A DNA stretch of 63,998 bases, counting the filler, from Lama guanicoe (Eukaryota), in assembly GCA_013239625.1 (NCBI GenBank). It is 77 parts of 72 records of this genome, joined end to end, with 100 filler letters (N's around TTAATTAATTAA, not from the genome) between each part and the next. Parts side by side here need not be neighbours in the genome. Positions count along the whole stretch, not along the records: positions 35,234 to 36,435 come from MU053150.1; positions 36,536 to 37,037 come from MU053151.1; positions 37,138 to 37,929 come from MU053152.1; positions 38,030 to 38,577 come from MU053153.1; positions 38,678 to 39,175 come from MU053157.1; positions 39,276 to 39,671 come from MU053157.1; positions 39,772 to 40,342 come from MU053160.1; positions 40,443 to 41,260 come from MU053161.1; 69 more parts are not named here. One strand, given 5' to 3'. Of the stretch, positions 35,234-48,527 are shown piece after piece. Position 1 is the first letter of the stretch, and each line of letters opens with the position of its first letter. Under the pieces are notes generated by a model. It worked only from the letters and a program-made list of their open reading frames with translations. It searched no databases and was not told the origin of the DNA. A program made the translations under genes and the position numbers.

Positions 35234-37037
35234 AAGGAATGCAGAATATAGAAGGCAAAATATAGAATGATGCACACAAAATATAGAATATACAATAGAG
35301 AATTTAGAAGCCAGAATTTTAACATGGAATGCAGAACACAGAATTTTAAGTATAGAATACAGTATACTGAATATAGAATTTAGAATAGAGAATGTAGAAC
35401 ACAGAATATAGAAAATAGAATACGGAATGTAGAATATAAAATACAGAGTATAGAATATAGAACACAGAATATAGAATATGNNNNNNNNNNNNNNNNNNNN
35501 NNNNNNNNNNNNNNNNNNNNNNNNNNNNNNNNNNNNNNNNNNNNNNNNNNNNNNNNNNNNNNNNNNNNNNNNNNNNNNNNNNNNNNNNNNNNNNNNNNNN
35601 NNNNNNNNNNNNNNNNNNNNNNNNNNNNNNNNNNNNNNNNNNNNNNNNNNNNNNNNNNNNNNNNNNNNNNNNNNNNNNNNNNNNNNNNNNNNNNNNNNNN
35701 NNNNNNNNNNNNNNNNNNNNNNNNNNNNNNAGAATAAAGAATAGAGAATAAAGAATATTGAAACCAGAATTAAGAACATGGAATGCAGAACACAGAACTT
35801 AGATTATAGAATACATAATACTTAAAAAACAATTAAAAAATTGAATGTAGTACACAGAATATAGAATATAAAACACATAACACTGAATATAGAATTTAGA
35901 ATATAGAATGTAGAAAACAGAATAAAAAATATAGCTTCGAGAATATTGAAGCCAGATTTTGGAACACGGAAATCAGACTCAGAATTTAGAATATAGAATA
36001 CAGAATACTGAATATACAATTTAGAATATAGAATGGAGAACACAGAATTTAGAATATATAATAAAGAATACTGAATATACAATTTAGAATATAGAGTGTA
36101 AGACAAAGTATATAGTATGTAGTATACAGAATAAAGAATCTAGAATAAAGAGCATGCTATGCAGAACACAGAATTTAGAATATAGATTACATAATACTGA
36201 ATATAGAATTAAAAATATAGAATGTAGAACACAGAATTTATATTATAGAACACAGAAATCTGAATATAGTATTTAGAATATAGAATGTAGAACACAGATA
36301 TAGAATATAGAATATAGGTTATAGAAACCACAATTAAGAACATGGAATGAATAACACGGAAATTAGAATATATAAAACATTATACTAATCATAGAACTTA
36401 GAACATAGAATGCAGAACACAGAATTTAGAATACANNNNNNNNNNNNNNNNNNNNNNNNNNNNNNNNNNNNNNNNNNNNTTAATTAATTAANNNNNNNNN
36501 NNNNNNNNNNNNNNNNNNNNNNNNNNNNNNNNNNNTTTCCATGTTCTAAATTCTGGGTTCTATATTGTCTGTTCTATATTCTATTTTGTGAGTCCTTCAT
36601 TCTATACTCTACATACTATATTTTGCATTCCGTTGTCTATATTCTAAATTCTGAGTTCTAAATTCTTAATTCTAAATTCTATATTCAGTAATCCATATTC
36701 TATATACTAAATTCTGTGTTCTGCTTTCTATGTTCNNNNNNNNNNNNNNNNNNNNNNNNNNNNNNNNNNNNNNNNNNNNNNNNNNNNNNNNNNNCTTTCT
36801 ATGTTCTAAATTCTATATTCAGTAGACTGTATTCTATTTTCTAAATTCAGTGTTCTGCATATCATGTTCTAAATTCTGGATTCTATATTCTCTGTTCTGT
36901 GTTCTACATTCTATGTTCTAAATTCTATATCCAGTATTCTGTAATCTATATTCTAAATACTGTGTTCAACATTCCATGTTCTATATTTTATTTTCAGTGT
37001 TTTATATTCTATATTTTAAATTATGTGTTCTGCATTC
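35234..37037. repeat. SatB heptamer satellite (two contigs)
   Basis: 7-bp periodicity. Confidence 0.95.
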
Positions 37038-37137
37038 NNNNNNNNNNNNNNNNNNNNNNNNNNNNNNNNNNNNNNNNNNNNTTAATTAATTAANNNNNNN
37101 NNNNNNNNNNNNNNNNNNNNNNNNNNNNNNNNNNNNN

Positions 37138-37929
37138 CAACCCACAACTTGGGAATTACTGTGACCCCTGAAAATGCGTGTGCTATTTCCCCACGACCAG
37201 CACACACAGAAAGAACTGTTCGGGGGTTCTGAGGGTGGGGAGGTTCCTCCAACAGACAGCAGCACCTGGGATTTAATAGAATCCCTTAGCTTGACTTCCC
37301 TAAGTGTTTTCCTAGGNNNNNNNNNNNNNNNNNNNNNNNNNNNNNNNNNNNNNNNNNNNNNNNNNNNNNNNNNNNNNNNNNNNNNNNNNNNNNNNNNNNN
37401 NNNNNNNNNNNNNNNNNNNNNNNNNNNNNNNNNNNNNNNNNNNNNNNNNNNNNNNNNNNNNNNNNNNNNNNNNNNNNNNNNNNNNNNNNNNNNNNNNNNN
37501 NNNNNNNNNNNNNNNNNNNNNNNNNNNNNNNNNNNNNNNNNNNNNNNNNNNNNNNNNNNNNNNNNNNNNNNNNNNNNNNNNNNNNNNNNNNNNNNNNNNN
37601 NNNNNNNNNNNNNNNNNNNNNNNNNNNNNNNNNNNNNNNNNNNNNNNNNNNNNNNNNNNNNNNNNNNNNNNNNNNNNNNNNNNNNNNNNNNNNTGTTTCC
37701 CTACATCCAGCACACACACGAAGATGTGTTCTGGTATTCTGAGTGTGGGGAAGTTCCTCAAACTGACAGCAGCACCTGGATTCTATTAGTATCCCTTAGC
37801 TTCTGTTCCCTGAGTGTTCCTTAGGCCAGGCCATCAGGGAAAGCTGGGGGTTGGGCTTGGAGTACACGAAGCAGTGAATGCCCCTGATCCATTGAGGAAG
37901 TACTTAGAGGTCTTCTCCCTAAATGGAAC
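37138..37929. repeat. SatC satellite
   Basis: Core CTGAGTGTGGGGA.GTTCCTC.AAC.GACAGCAGCACCTGG. 37720-37860 is nearly identical to 51540-51680. Confidence 0.88.
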
Positions 37930-38029
37930 NNNNNNNNNNNNNNNNNNNNNNNNNNNNNNNNNNNNNNNNNNNNTTAATTAATTAANNNNNNNNNNNNNNN
38001 NNNNNNNNNNNNNNNNNNNNNNNNNNNNN

Positions 38030-38577
38030 TTCTATATTCTATATTCTGTGTTCTACACTCCATATTCTAAATACTATATTCAGATTTCGGTATTCCATAT
38101 TGTAAATACTGTGCTCTACATTCCATGTTCTAAATTTTTTCTTCTCTATTCTCTACTCTACATTCTATATTTTTTTACTCCATTCTATATTCTACATTCT
38201 TTATTCTCTATTCCGTATACTATATTCTATATTCTGTGTTGTACAATCTATAATCTTAATTCTATATCCAGTTTTCTGTATTCTACATTCTAAATTCTGT
38301 GTTCTGCATTCCATGTCCTAAATTCTGGGTTGTTGTATTCTGTTTTCCATATTCTATNNNNNNNNNNNNNNNNNNNNNNNNNNNNNNNNNNNNNNNNNNN
38401 NNNNNNNNNNNNNNNNNNNNNNNNNNNNNNNNNNNNNNNNNNNNNNNNNNNNNNNNNNNNNNNNNNNNNNNNNNNNNNNNNNNNNNNNNNNNNNNCTATG
38501 TTCTATATACTCAGTAAAAATTATTCTTTACTCTAAATTCTGTGTTCTGGATTCCATGTTCTAAATCTTATATTTAG
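38030..38577. repeat. SatB heptamer satellite
   Basis: 7-bp periodicity. Confidence 0.93.
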
Positions 38578-38989
38578 NNNNNNNNNNNNNNNNNNNNNNN
38601 NNNNNNNNNNNNNNNNNNNNNTTAATTAATTAANNNNNNNNNNNNNNNNNNNNNNNNNNNNNNNNNNNNNNNNNNNNAAAGGCTGGTTCTTTCATGATCC
38701 CTTGTGCTACCGAGGAGACCCTCAGAAGTGCAAATTACACACACGAGGGTACGCCACTGGGCCCAGAGTGGCTTCCTTAGAACCAGCTGGGGCATTCAGA
38801 TCACATCCCATGTAATGCTTTCACTTCTCCTTCCCCTGAATGCAGGCTTCTTTAAGAGCCAGCACTTTTTAACAGGAAGGTTTCAACCATACACAAAAAC
38901 AGAAAAATGCAATAGAAACAGTAGAGCCAACACCTACATATCAGACAATGTTAACATTTTCCCATATTTGCTTCAGCTCATTTTTTAAA

Positions 38990-39175
38990 TAAACACTTTA
39001 TTGAGACATTCACATAGCATATAATCCACCCCCCATTTTAAGTGTATAATTTCATGGCTTTCAGCATAGTCATAGATTTTGTCATCATCGTCACAATAAA
39101 TATTACAACATTTTCATTACCTCCAAAAGAAACCCCACATCCTTTAGCTATTATGCCCTGTCTCCATGTCCATGC
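38990..39175 (-). mobile_element. Old L1 (L1MB-like) 3' end
   Basis: CTTTATTGAGACATTCACATAGCATA...CATTTTAAGTGTATAATTTCATGG...CCTCCAAAAGAAACCCC. Confidence 0.8.
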
Positions 39176-39494
39176 NNNNNNNNNNNNNNNNNNNNNNNNN
39201 NNNNNNNNNNNNNNNNNNNTTAATTAATTAANNNNNNNNNNNNNNNNNNNNNNNNNNNNNNNNNNNNNNNNNNNNAAGTTTAACTAGTCTTTGTACCTAG
39301 CTAGCATTACTTGGTAAAACATTCCCTCAATGCATTTCCAAAATTATGACCTTGCAAATTCGAACACGTTTCTGAAATAAATTTCCTTGTAAGAGTAGAA
39401 TACACTAAACTTCCAAAATTATTAATAACACTAATTAAGGAAAACAGGGAGTAAAGAAAAGGGGTCTGGAAACTGAAACAAATGCTCAGTCTGC

Positions 39495-39671
39495 AACCTC
39501 AAGTCTCACTCTAGTTGTGCGACCTAAGGAACTGCCCTCACCTTTAAATACTTTCTTATTTGAGAGAGAGCGCACTGCCCTTCCCTCCCTGCAAGGTGGC
39601 TGTTCAGGTAACGTGAGGTAAGAGTACCTAGCACAGTACCTGACACGAAGTGTCCAGAAATAGTTTGCTTC
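39495..39671 (+). mobile_element. MIR SINE relic
   Basis: TAGTTGTGCGACCT...GTAAGAGTACCTAGCACAGTACCTGACAC. Confidence 0.65.
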
Positions 39672-39771
39672 NNNNNNNNNNNNNNNNNNNNNNNNNNNNN
39701 NNNNNNNNNNNNNNNTTAATTAATTAANNNNNNNNNNNNNNNNNNNNNNNNNNNNNNNNNNNNNNNNNNNN

Positions 39772-40342
39772 CAACATTCTAAATTCTGTGTTTTGAATTA
39801 CATGTTCTCCATTCTGGGTTCTGTATTCTTTATTCTATATTCTAAATTTTGTGTTCTTCATTCTATATTCTACAATCTATATTCTGTTTTAGGTATACTA
39901 TATTCTATATTCTGGGTTCTACATTTCATATTCTAAACACTCTATTCAGCTTTCTGTATTCTATATTATAAATTCTGTGTTCTACATTATATATTCTAAA
40001 TTCTATACTTAGTTTTTTGTAATCTATATTCTAAATTCTATGTTCTACATTCCATGTTCTAATTTCTGNNNNNNNNNNNNNNNNNNNNNNNNNNNNNNNN
40101 NNNNNNNNNTATTCTACATTCTATATTCTGCATTCCGTATTCTATATTCTCTTTTCTGTGTTTTACATTCTATATTCTAATTTGTATATTCAGTATTCTG
40201 TAATCTATATTCTAAATTCTGTGTTCTGCTTTCTATATTCTAAATTGTATATACACTATTCTGAATTGTGTTTTCTAAATTCTCTGTTCTGCATCCATGT
40301 TCTAAATTCTGGCTTCTATTTTCTCTTTTCTATATTCTATAT
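39772..40342. repeat. SatB heptamer satellite
   Basis: 7-bp periodicity. Confidence 0.93.
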
Positions 40343-40442
40343 NNNNNNNNNNNNNNNNNNNNNNNNNNNNNNNNNNNNNNNNNNNNTTAATTAATTAANN
40401 NNNNNNNNNNNNNNNNNNNNNNNNNNNNNNNNNNNNNNNNNN

Positions 40443-41260
40443 AGTCTGTTTCCTAGTGCCGGTTTGAAGTTCCTGCAGTTTTCACTCTAAATCCCAGTTG
40501 GAGCTTGTACCTCCCCATATATATGTATGGAGTGTAGTTTGCAAATGAAGAGAAACCTTGTTCTCCCAAAAAGGTAGTTGAAGGACGGCGTTCACACACG
40601 CTTAACTCTCAAAACTGAGCATGTGAGAGACGTTGGTTCATCTAGCACAAAATTAACAGGTTGCAGGAAAACACTTACTCTGGTTTCTCTGTCTCTTTCC
40701 TAGTGCCGGTTTGAAGTTCCTGCAGTTTTCACTGTAAATCCGATTTGGAGCATGTACCTCCCCATATATATGTATGGAGTGGAATTTGCAACTGAAGACA
40801 ATCTTTGTGTTCCCAACAAGCTCGGTGAAGGACGGCTTTCACACACGCTTAACTCTCAAAACTGAGCATGTGAGAGATGTTGGTTCATCTAGCACAAAAT
40901 TAACAGGTTGCAGGAAAACACTTACTCTGGTTTCTCTGTCTCTTTCCTAGTGCCGGTTTGAATTTCCTGCAGTTTTCACAGTAAAACCGTGTTGGAGCTT
41001 GTACCTCTCCATATATATGTATATATTGGAGTCTGCAACCTAAGAGAAACTTTGTGTTCCCAACAAGCTAGGTGAAGGACGGCTTTCACACACAGTTATC
41101 TCTCAAAACTGAGCATGTGGAGAGATGTTCGTTCATCTAGCAAAAAGGGAACAGTTTGNNNNNNNNNNNNNNNNNNNNNNNNNNNNNNNNNNNNNNGTTC
41201 CTTCAGTTTTTACCGTAAAATCGAGTTGGAGCTTGTACCTCCCCATATATATGTATGGAG
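40443..41260 (+). repeat. SatD: ~247-bp satellite
   Basis: CATATATATGTAT at 40516, 40763 and 41010 (247-bp period). One PstI site per monomer. Confidence 0.95.
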
Positions 41261-41360
41261 NNNNNNNNNNNNNNNNNNNNNNNNNNNNNNNNNNNNNNNN
41301 NNNNTTAATTAATTAANNNNNNNNNNNNNNNNNNNNNNNNNNNNNNNNNNNNNNNNNNNN

Positions 41361-42248
41361 AGACTGAGAAACCACAGTAAGCGTTTCCCCTGCCAACCGT
41401 TCCCTTTGTAAAGCTGGATGAATGAAAGTCTCTCCACATGCTAGGTTCTGAGAGAAAAGTGTGTGTGAAAGCCGTACTTCACCTAGCTTGAAGGGAACAC
41501 AAAGTTTCTTTTCAGTTGCAAACTCCACTCCATACATATATATGGGGAGGTACAAGCTCCAAATCTGTTTTACAGTGAAAACCGCAGTGACTTCAAACCG
41601 GAACTAGGAAACAGACTGAGAAACCAGAGTAAGTGTTTCTACTGCAACACGGTCCATTTGTGCTGGATGAACGAACGTCTATCCACATGCTCAGTTCTGA
41701 GAGATAAGTGTGTGTGAAAGCCGTCCTTCACCTAGCTTGAAGGGAACACAAAGTTTCCTTTCAGTTGCAAACTCCACTCCATACATATATAAGGGTAAGT
41801 ACAAGCGCAAACTCGGGTTTACAGTGAAAACCGGAGGAACTTCAAACCGGCATTAGGAAACAGAATGAGAAACCAGAGTAAGTGTTTCTCCTGCAACCCG
41901 TTCCCTTTGTGCTGGATGAACGAACGTCTCTCCACATGCTCAGTTCTGAGAGATAAGTGTGTGTGAAAGCAAGCCGACCTTAGCTAGAAGGGAACACAAA
42001 GTTTCTTTTCAGTTGCAGACTCCACTCCATACATATATATGTTGATGTACAAGCTCCAACTCGGTTTTATAGTGAAAACCGCAGGAAATTCAAACCGGCA
42101 CTAGGAAACAGACTGAGACACCAGAGTAATTTTATCTCCTGCAACCCGTTCCCTTTGCTTGAATGAACAAATATCTCTCCACATGCTTAGTTCTGAGGAA
42201 TAAGTGTGTGTGAAAGCCGTCCTTCACTTGGCTTGAAGGAAACACAAA
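41361..42248 (-). repeat. SatD (reverse orientation, ~248-249 bp)
   Basis: CATACATATAT at 41531, 41780 and 42028. Confidence 0.95.
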
Positions 42249-42624
42249 NNNNNNNNNNNNNNNNNNNNNNNNNNNNNNNNNNNNNNNNNNNNTTAATTAA
42301 TTAANNNNNNNNNNNNNNNNNNNNNNNNNNNNNNNNNNNNNNNNNNNNAAGCCATTGGCTACAGATCCCTGAGGGACCTTGTTTTTTTTTAAATTTATTC
42401 CGTACACAGTAGTTTGTATCTGCCAATGCCCAACTCTCAATTTATCCCTCCTTCCTCCATTCTGTTTGTTTTCTGTGTCTGTGACTCTCTTTCTGCAAAA
42501 AATATTTTAAACGCTTTCTTCCAACTTAGAAATTTACTTCCTAACAATCAGTCTGTATGCTATGTTAATTTCCTGCAAATATCATGGTTTTATTTGGAAG
42601 GTTCTAGGTCACAACAGCGCCATC

Positions 42625-43468
42625 ATGGGATCCATGGAAGGATACAACACATCCTCTACAGATTTTATCTTCATGGGGTTGTTCAACAGACAAGACACAT
42701 CATGCCTTCTTTTTGCCATCATCTCTCTCATCTTTTTCACCACGTTGATGGCCAGTGGGGTCATGATATTCCTGATCCGCACCGACGTGTGCCTTCACAC
42801 CCCCATGTACTTCCTACTTAGCCACCTCTCCCTCATTGACATGATGTACATCTCTACCATCGTGCCCAAGATGCTGGTCGACTACCTGCTGGGTCAAAGG
42901 ACCATCTCCTTCATGGGATGCACAGCTCAGCACTTCCTCTATCTNNNNNNNNNNNNNNNNNNNNNNNNNNNNNNNNNNNNNNNNNNNNNNNNNNNNNNNN
43001 NNNNNNNNNNNNNNNNNNNNNNNNNNNNNNNNNNNNNNNNNNNNNNNNNNNNNNNNNCTCCCGGGAGCCATTTCTTCTGTGAAGCACCTGCCGTCCTGAA
43101 GTTGGCTTGTGCAGACACAGCTGTCTATGAGACAGTGATGTATGTGTGCTGTGTTTTGATGCTTCTGATTCCTTTCTTTTCTCTNNNNNNNNNNNNNNNN
43201 NNNNNNNNNNNNNNNNNNNNNNNNNNNNNNNNNNNNNNNNNNNNNNNNNNNNNNNNNNNNNNNNNNNNNNNNNNNNNNNNNNNNNNNNNNNNNNNNNNNN
43301 NNNNNNNNNNNNNNNNNNNNNNNNNNNNNNNNNNNNNNNNNNNNNNNAGGCCAGAGCAAAGTCTTCTCCGTGTTCTACACTATCCTCACACCCATGCTTA
43401 ATCCACTCATCTACAGTTTGAGGAACAAGGATGTGACCGGAGCTATGAAGAGGGCACTGGCCAGGTGA
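42625..43468 (+). pseudogene. OR2T1: Olfactory receptor family 2T, OR2T1-like (gapped; probable pseudogene)
   Basis: MGSMEGYNTSSTDFIFMGLFNR...LHTPMYFLLSHLSLID...[31 protein letters not shown] and [32 protein letters not shown] closely follow human OR2T1 as I recall it. Apparent 5-nt deletion at ~43067 and TM1 Asn replaced by Ser. Confidence 0.85.
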
Positions 43469-43573
43469 GGTGCNNNNNNNNNNNNNNNNNNNNNNNNNNN
43501 NNNNNNNNNNNNNNNNNTTAATTAATTAANNNNNNNNNNNNNNNNNNNNNNNNNNNNNNNNNNNNNNNNNNNN

Positions 43574-44173
43574 CAGAATAATGTATATAGAATTCAGATT
43601 ATAGAATGAATAACACGATATAAAGAGTATAGATTACGGAATTGAGAATATAGGAGGTTGAATATAGAATGAAGAACACAAAATATAGAATATAGAATAC
43701 AGAATATAGAAACCAGAATTTAGAAATGGAATACGGAACAGAGAATTTAGAATATAGAATACAGGATACTGAATAAAGATTTTAGAATATAGGATGTAGA
43801 ACACAGAATATAGAATATAGAATAGGGAATGCAGAATATAGTATGTAGATTATAGAATGAAGAACAGAAATATAGAATATATAATAGTGAATATAGAACC
43901 CNNNNNNNNNNNNNNNNNNNNNNNNNNNNNNNNNNNNNNNNNNNNNNNATAGAATACCGAATACTATATATAAAATTTAGAATACAGAATGTTGAACACA
44001 TAGTATAGAATATATAATACGGAATACTGAATATAGAATTTAGAATATAGAATGTAGAACAGAAAATAGAATATAGAATAATGAAAGCAGAATATAGAAT
44101 ACAGAATATAGAATGTAGCTCTCGGAATATAGAATATAGAATAGAGTATATGGAACGCAAATTTAGAACATCT
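43574..44173. repeat. SatB heptamer satellite
   Basis: 7-bp periodicity. Confidence 0.93.
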
Positions 44174-44273
44174 NNNNNNNNNNNNNNNNNNNNNNNNNNN
44201 NNNNNNNNNNNNNNNNNTTAATTAATTAANNNNNNNNNNNNNNNNNNNNNNNNNNNNNNNNNNNNNNNNNNNN

Positions 44274-44797
44274 ACCCAAGGATAGATTACTGAGCTTCAG
44301 AAACAAACCTAGAATATCCTTTTCATTATTCAATTAAACTGTACAGCAGTGTAACATAACAGCAAGGAATGATCTGGGAAGTGTCGTAGTAAATATGGAC
44401 GTCAATTAACAAAACTAGAATTTAATATCCACTAAAATATAATCTTTTTTCTCTCTAAAGTTACCCTCAGTTTTCTCCAATAAAGCCAAATGAAGATTAA
44501 TTTATTTACAATTTAAGTCTGATTATTTGATCATATAGGCTTTTTTAAATTGACTGTGTTGGAAGGCTTTTTTAACTGTGTTGGAAGTTTTAATACGGAG
44601 TCTCAGGGTAGAATGTTAATAAGGTTTGCTAAGGCCAGGAAAGCCACGCCAAGCTTTTCATGGGTTTCTGCCTTTCAGATTTAGTTTAGTTCTTTTCTCT
44701 TTAAAATCCTTAAGATACTTTTATAGTCTTATATCTGTTAGGAAATGTTCTTCCTAATTTGTCTGATAGAGCCACTGGGGACCTAAGTGTTTTTAGT
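44274..44797 (-). mobile_element. Probable ERV internal (non-coding) fragment
   Basis: AT-rich with GCTAAGGCCAGGAAAGCCACGCCAAG and CTCTCTAAAGTTACCCTCA-type motifs resembling non-autonomous ERV1 internals. Recognised by eye. Confidence 0.5.
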
Positions 44798-45581
44798 NNN
44801 NNNNNNNNNNNNNNNNNNNNNNNNNNNNNNNNNNNNNNNNNTTAATTAATTAANNNNNNNNNNNNNNNNNNNNNNNNNNNNNNNNNNNNNNNNNNNNAAC
44901 TGACCAAACTTACCCCACACAAAATCCTTAATATCCAAGTAGTCTGCCTTATAGAAATCTTTTCCCACAAAGACAGGAAAAAAGGGAAAGGCAGATCCGT
45001 GCAGTATTTCCACATTGTCAAAAGACCAAAGGCCGACACAAAAGAGGAGATTGCAGAAAAGATAAAGAGGCTGAAATCAATGTCTGGAAAACCTAGCTAA
45101 GAATCCTAAATGGCCGAACTTAACTAACCTCAGCACTGCCGCATCAAGAATGGAGCAAATAGCACCTAGTGGATTTTATTTTTAATAAATAAATAATGAT
45201 CCAGTTCCTAAATGATCCAGTCCACAGGCAATTATAATAAGACTGAGTATAAGTTCTACCAACAAATAGTGTACAAATCATAATTTCTAATTGATTCAAA
45301 CTGCTTCTTCTATAAAATTTGAATCTTTTTATTCTTAAGACAGATTTGTGGCATATTACCAAGTGACAAAATTTTCAACTGGCTTGTATTAAAAAAGTTC
45401 ACCATAGTGAGGGTGTATTACAACAACTATTACTTTTTGGGAAACCCATGTGCCTTGTCACTCTCTTTCATAAGATTTTCTNNNNNNNNNNNNNNNNNNN
45501 NNNNNNNNNNNNNNNNNNNNNNNNNTTAATTAATTAANNNNNNNNNNNNNNNNNNNNNNNNNNNNNNNNNNNNNNNNNNNN

Positions 45582-46528
45582 TCCGTGAAATAACTTCCCT
45601 GACCTTGTGGACAGCCTCTGTCCCTGTGACCACCTGCAAACAACCCTAGCATTCCCTGGCACCGAGACATTAGGAAAAACCTCAGGGGAGATGAGCTTAG
45701 GCATTCCGTTAGAACCCACTCGCTGCCGACCGTTGGTGGAACCTCCCCACGCTCAGGATTCCAGAACTATTGTTAGTGCGTGGGGGAGCACGAGAGATAA
45801 CTCCACGCAGATCTCTTCGGTCACAGGTGTTCCCTCTTAGGGAATTCCGAGAAATAACTTCCCTGACATTGGGGAAGCAGCCTCTGACACTGAGAATTCC
45901 TGCAAATTCCCCAAGCTTTCCCTGGCAAAGGGATATTAGGAAAATATTCAGGGGAGACCAGCTTAGGCATTCCGTTAGAACTCACGAGCTGCCGACAGTT
46001 GGTGGAACCTCCCCACGCTCAGGATTCCGAAACCATTGTCAGTGCGTGGGGGAGATCGAGAGACAACTCCACGCAGCTCTCTTCAGTCACAGTTGTTCCC
46101 TGTTCGNNNNNNNNNNNNNNNNNNNNNNNNNNNNNNNNNNNNNNNNNNNNNNNNNNNNNNNNNNNNNNNNNNNNNNNNNNNNNNNNNCGAACTTAGGCGT
46201 TAGAACCACGCGCTGCCGACCAATGGAGGTACCTCTCCACGGTAAGGATTCCGGAAATATTATCATTGCGTGGGGGAGCTCGAGAGACAACTCCACGCAG
46301 CTCTCTTCTCTTCAGNNNNNNNNNNNNNNNNNNNNNNNNNNNNNNNNNNNNNNNNNNNNTTAATTAATTAANNNNNNNNNNNNNNNNNNNNNNNNNNNNN
46401 NNNNNNNNNNNNNNNCCCCTAGCATTCCCTGGCACAGAGACATTAGGAAAACCCTCAGGGGAGACTAGCTTAGGCATTCCTTTAGAACCCACGCGCAGTC
46501 GACCGTTGGTGGAACCTCCCCACGCTCA
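45582..46528 (+). repeat. SatA satellite (two contigs)
   Basis: GGTGGAACCTCCCCAC at 45735 and 46001. Confidence 0.95.
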
Positions 46529-46628
46529 NNNNNNNNNNNNNNNNNNNNNNNNNNNNNNNNNNNNNNNNNNNNTTAATTAATTAANNNNNNNNNNNNNNNN
46601 NNNNNNNNNNNNNNNNNNNNNNNNNNNN

Positions 46629-46891
46629 TGAGAGGTGGAAAACTATTTCATTTTGATGTGCACTGACTGAATTACCAATGGAGTGTGACATCAATTTTTT
46701 GTTTGTGAATTGTGTGTTCATATTCTCTGCCTTCTATGCTCCTGAGATTTTTTGATGTTACCTTTGTAGTGATCTGAACTCTATGTATTGAAGGAATTAG
46801 CCCCTTGTCGGATTTGTAAACAAATAACATCCTCTGGTGTTTTTTTTTAAATTAGGATGCTTCTGATGCATGGAACTCTGTATATATTTTC
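46629..46891 (-). mobile_element. Ancient L1 relic
   Basis: GAATTGTGTGTTCATATTCTCTGCC...ATTAGCCCCTTGTC, antisense old-L1 pattern. Confidence 0.55.
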
Positions 46892-48527
46892 NNNNNNNNN
46901 NNNNNNNNNNNNNNNNNNNNNNNNNNNNNNNNNNNNNNNNNNNNNNNNNNNNNNNNNNNNNNNNNNNNNNNNNNNNNNNNNNNNNNNNNNNNNNNNNNNN
47001 NNNNNNNNNNNNNNNNNNNNNNNNNNNNNNNNNNNNNNNNNNNNNNNNNNNNNNNNNNNNNNNNNNNNNNNNNNNNNNNNNNNNNNNNNNNNNNNNNNNN
47101 NNNNNNNNNNNNNNNNNNNNNNNNNNNNNNNNNNNNNNNNNNNNNNNNNNNNNNNNNNNNNNNNNNNNNNNNNNNNNNNNNNNNNNNNNNNNNNNNNNNN
47201 NNNNNNNNNNNNNNNNNNNNNNNNNNNNNNNNNNNNNNNNNNNNNNNNNNNNNNNNNNNNNNNNNNNNNNNNNNNNNNNNNNNNNNNNNNNNNNNNNNNN
47301 NNNNNNNNNNNNNNNNNNNNNNNNNNNNNNNNNNNNNNNNNNNNNNNNNNNNNNNNNNNNNNNNNNNNNNNNNNNNNNNNNNNNNNNNNNNNNNNNNNNN
47401 NNNNNNNNNNNNNNNNNNNNNNNNNNNNNNNNNNNNNNNNNNNNNNNNNNNNNNNNNNNNNNNNNNNNNNNNNNNNNNNNNNNNNNNATCTGATTTGAAC
47501 AAATGAGGTGAAAAGAATTGGGGGAAGCAATGTGAGCAGAAGAGACTGTGGAATCTCCAGAGTGGCGCCCAGCGTTGGCTCAGAAGTTCTCTGGAAAAAG
47601 TTTTCTCTATGAGACTACTTAGTTCCCAGCTTAACTTTCAGTTTTCTCAGCATTTCACATTAGATTTTAAAAAGTCTGTGGCAGGCTCTTACCCAGAAAA
47701 AGAGCACTTGCACTAAGGGTTATATGTATACACTTTCCCCAGGTGGTAAATGGAACACGATCTTCTTCCTAATTAAAAAAACAAGTTTAATCAACCAAGG
47801 GATTACACTAATGAAATGATTTTTCTCCTAACATATCACTAAATCCTAGACATAATTTTAAAAAATAATAATTTTCAGACATAGCCTCCTTATTTATAAC
47901 TGCATGGGGTTTTTGTCCTTTTTTTTTTTTCTTTTCTGTTAACGATGTTAAACATACAACAAAATACCTACAGTGTCCATTAAAATACTATTTTTTGATA
48001 ATACTATTTTTTGAAAATGCACATGTGAACAGTAAACTGTTTCCCTGCCATGGTCTGAGCTTAGGGGTCTGGGTACCTGATGAGGTGAAGCTGTAAAGCT
48101 CTATTCATGAGCTTGCCATAGATTTCAGAAGTGACAGTAGTGACAGCTTAGAGTCCGTGCAGGACAGGAAGTTTCAGAGATGTGTNNNNNNNNNNNNNNN
48201 NNNNNNNNNNNNNNNNNNNNNNNNNNNNNTTAATTAATTAANNNNNNNNNNNNNNNNNNNNNNNNNNNNNNNNNNNNNNNNNNNNTACGGGCCTTTCTAG
48301 TAAAGGGACAGGTGGAATGCGGAGAGGTGGGGCCTGGAGTGGGTCTGGAGCGTCTGCACAGCGCTGCTTCCCTGCGTTTCTGCAGCCGGTCCCGTCAGTG
48401 CACTAAGTCAGCCTTCCTCTTCCTTCCTGTGTCATCGGGTCTCTGTTTTAAGGGCAAACATTTTACGGGTCTTTTTTCACTTACATGTTTCGTTCAGATG
48501 CTTGTTGCTTTTCTTCCTGTTCTTCAG

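Noticed and set aside
47562..47580. TGGCGCCCAGCGTTGGCT resembling a tRNA-Lys primer-binding site or CTCF motif
   Set aside because: It has several mismatches to the PBS, no LTR upstream, and the wrong spacing for CTCF.
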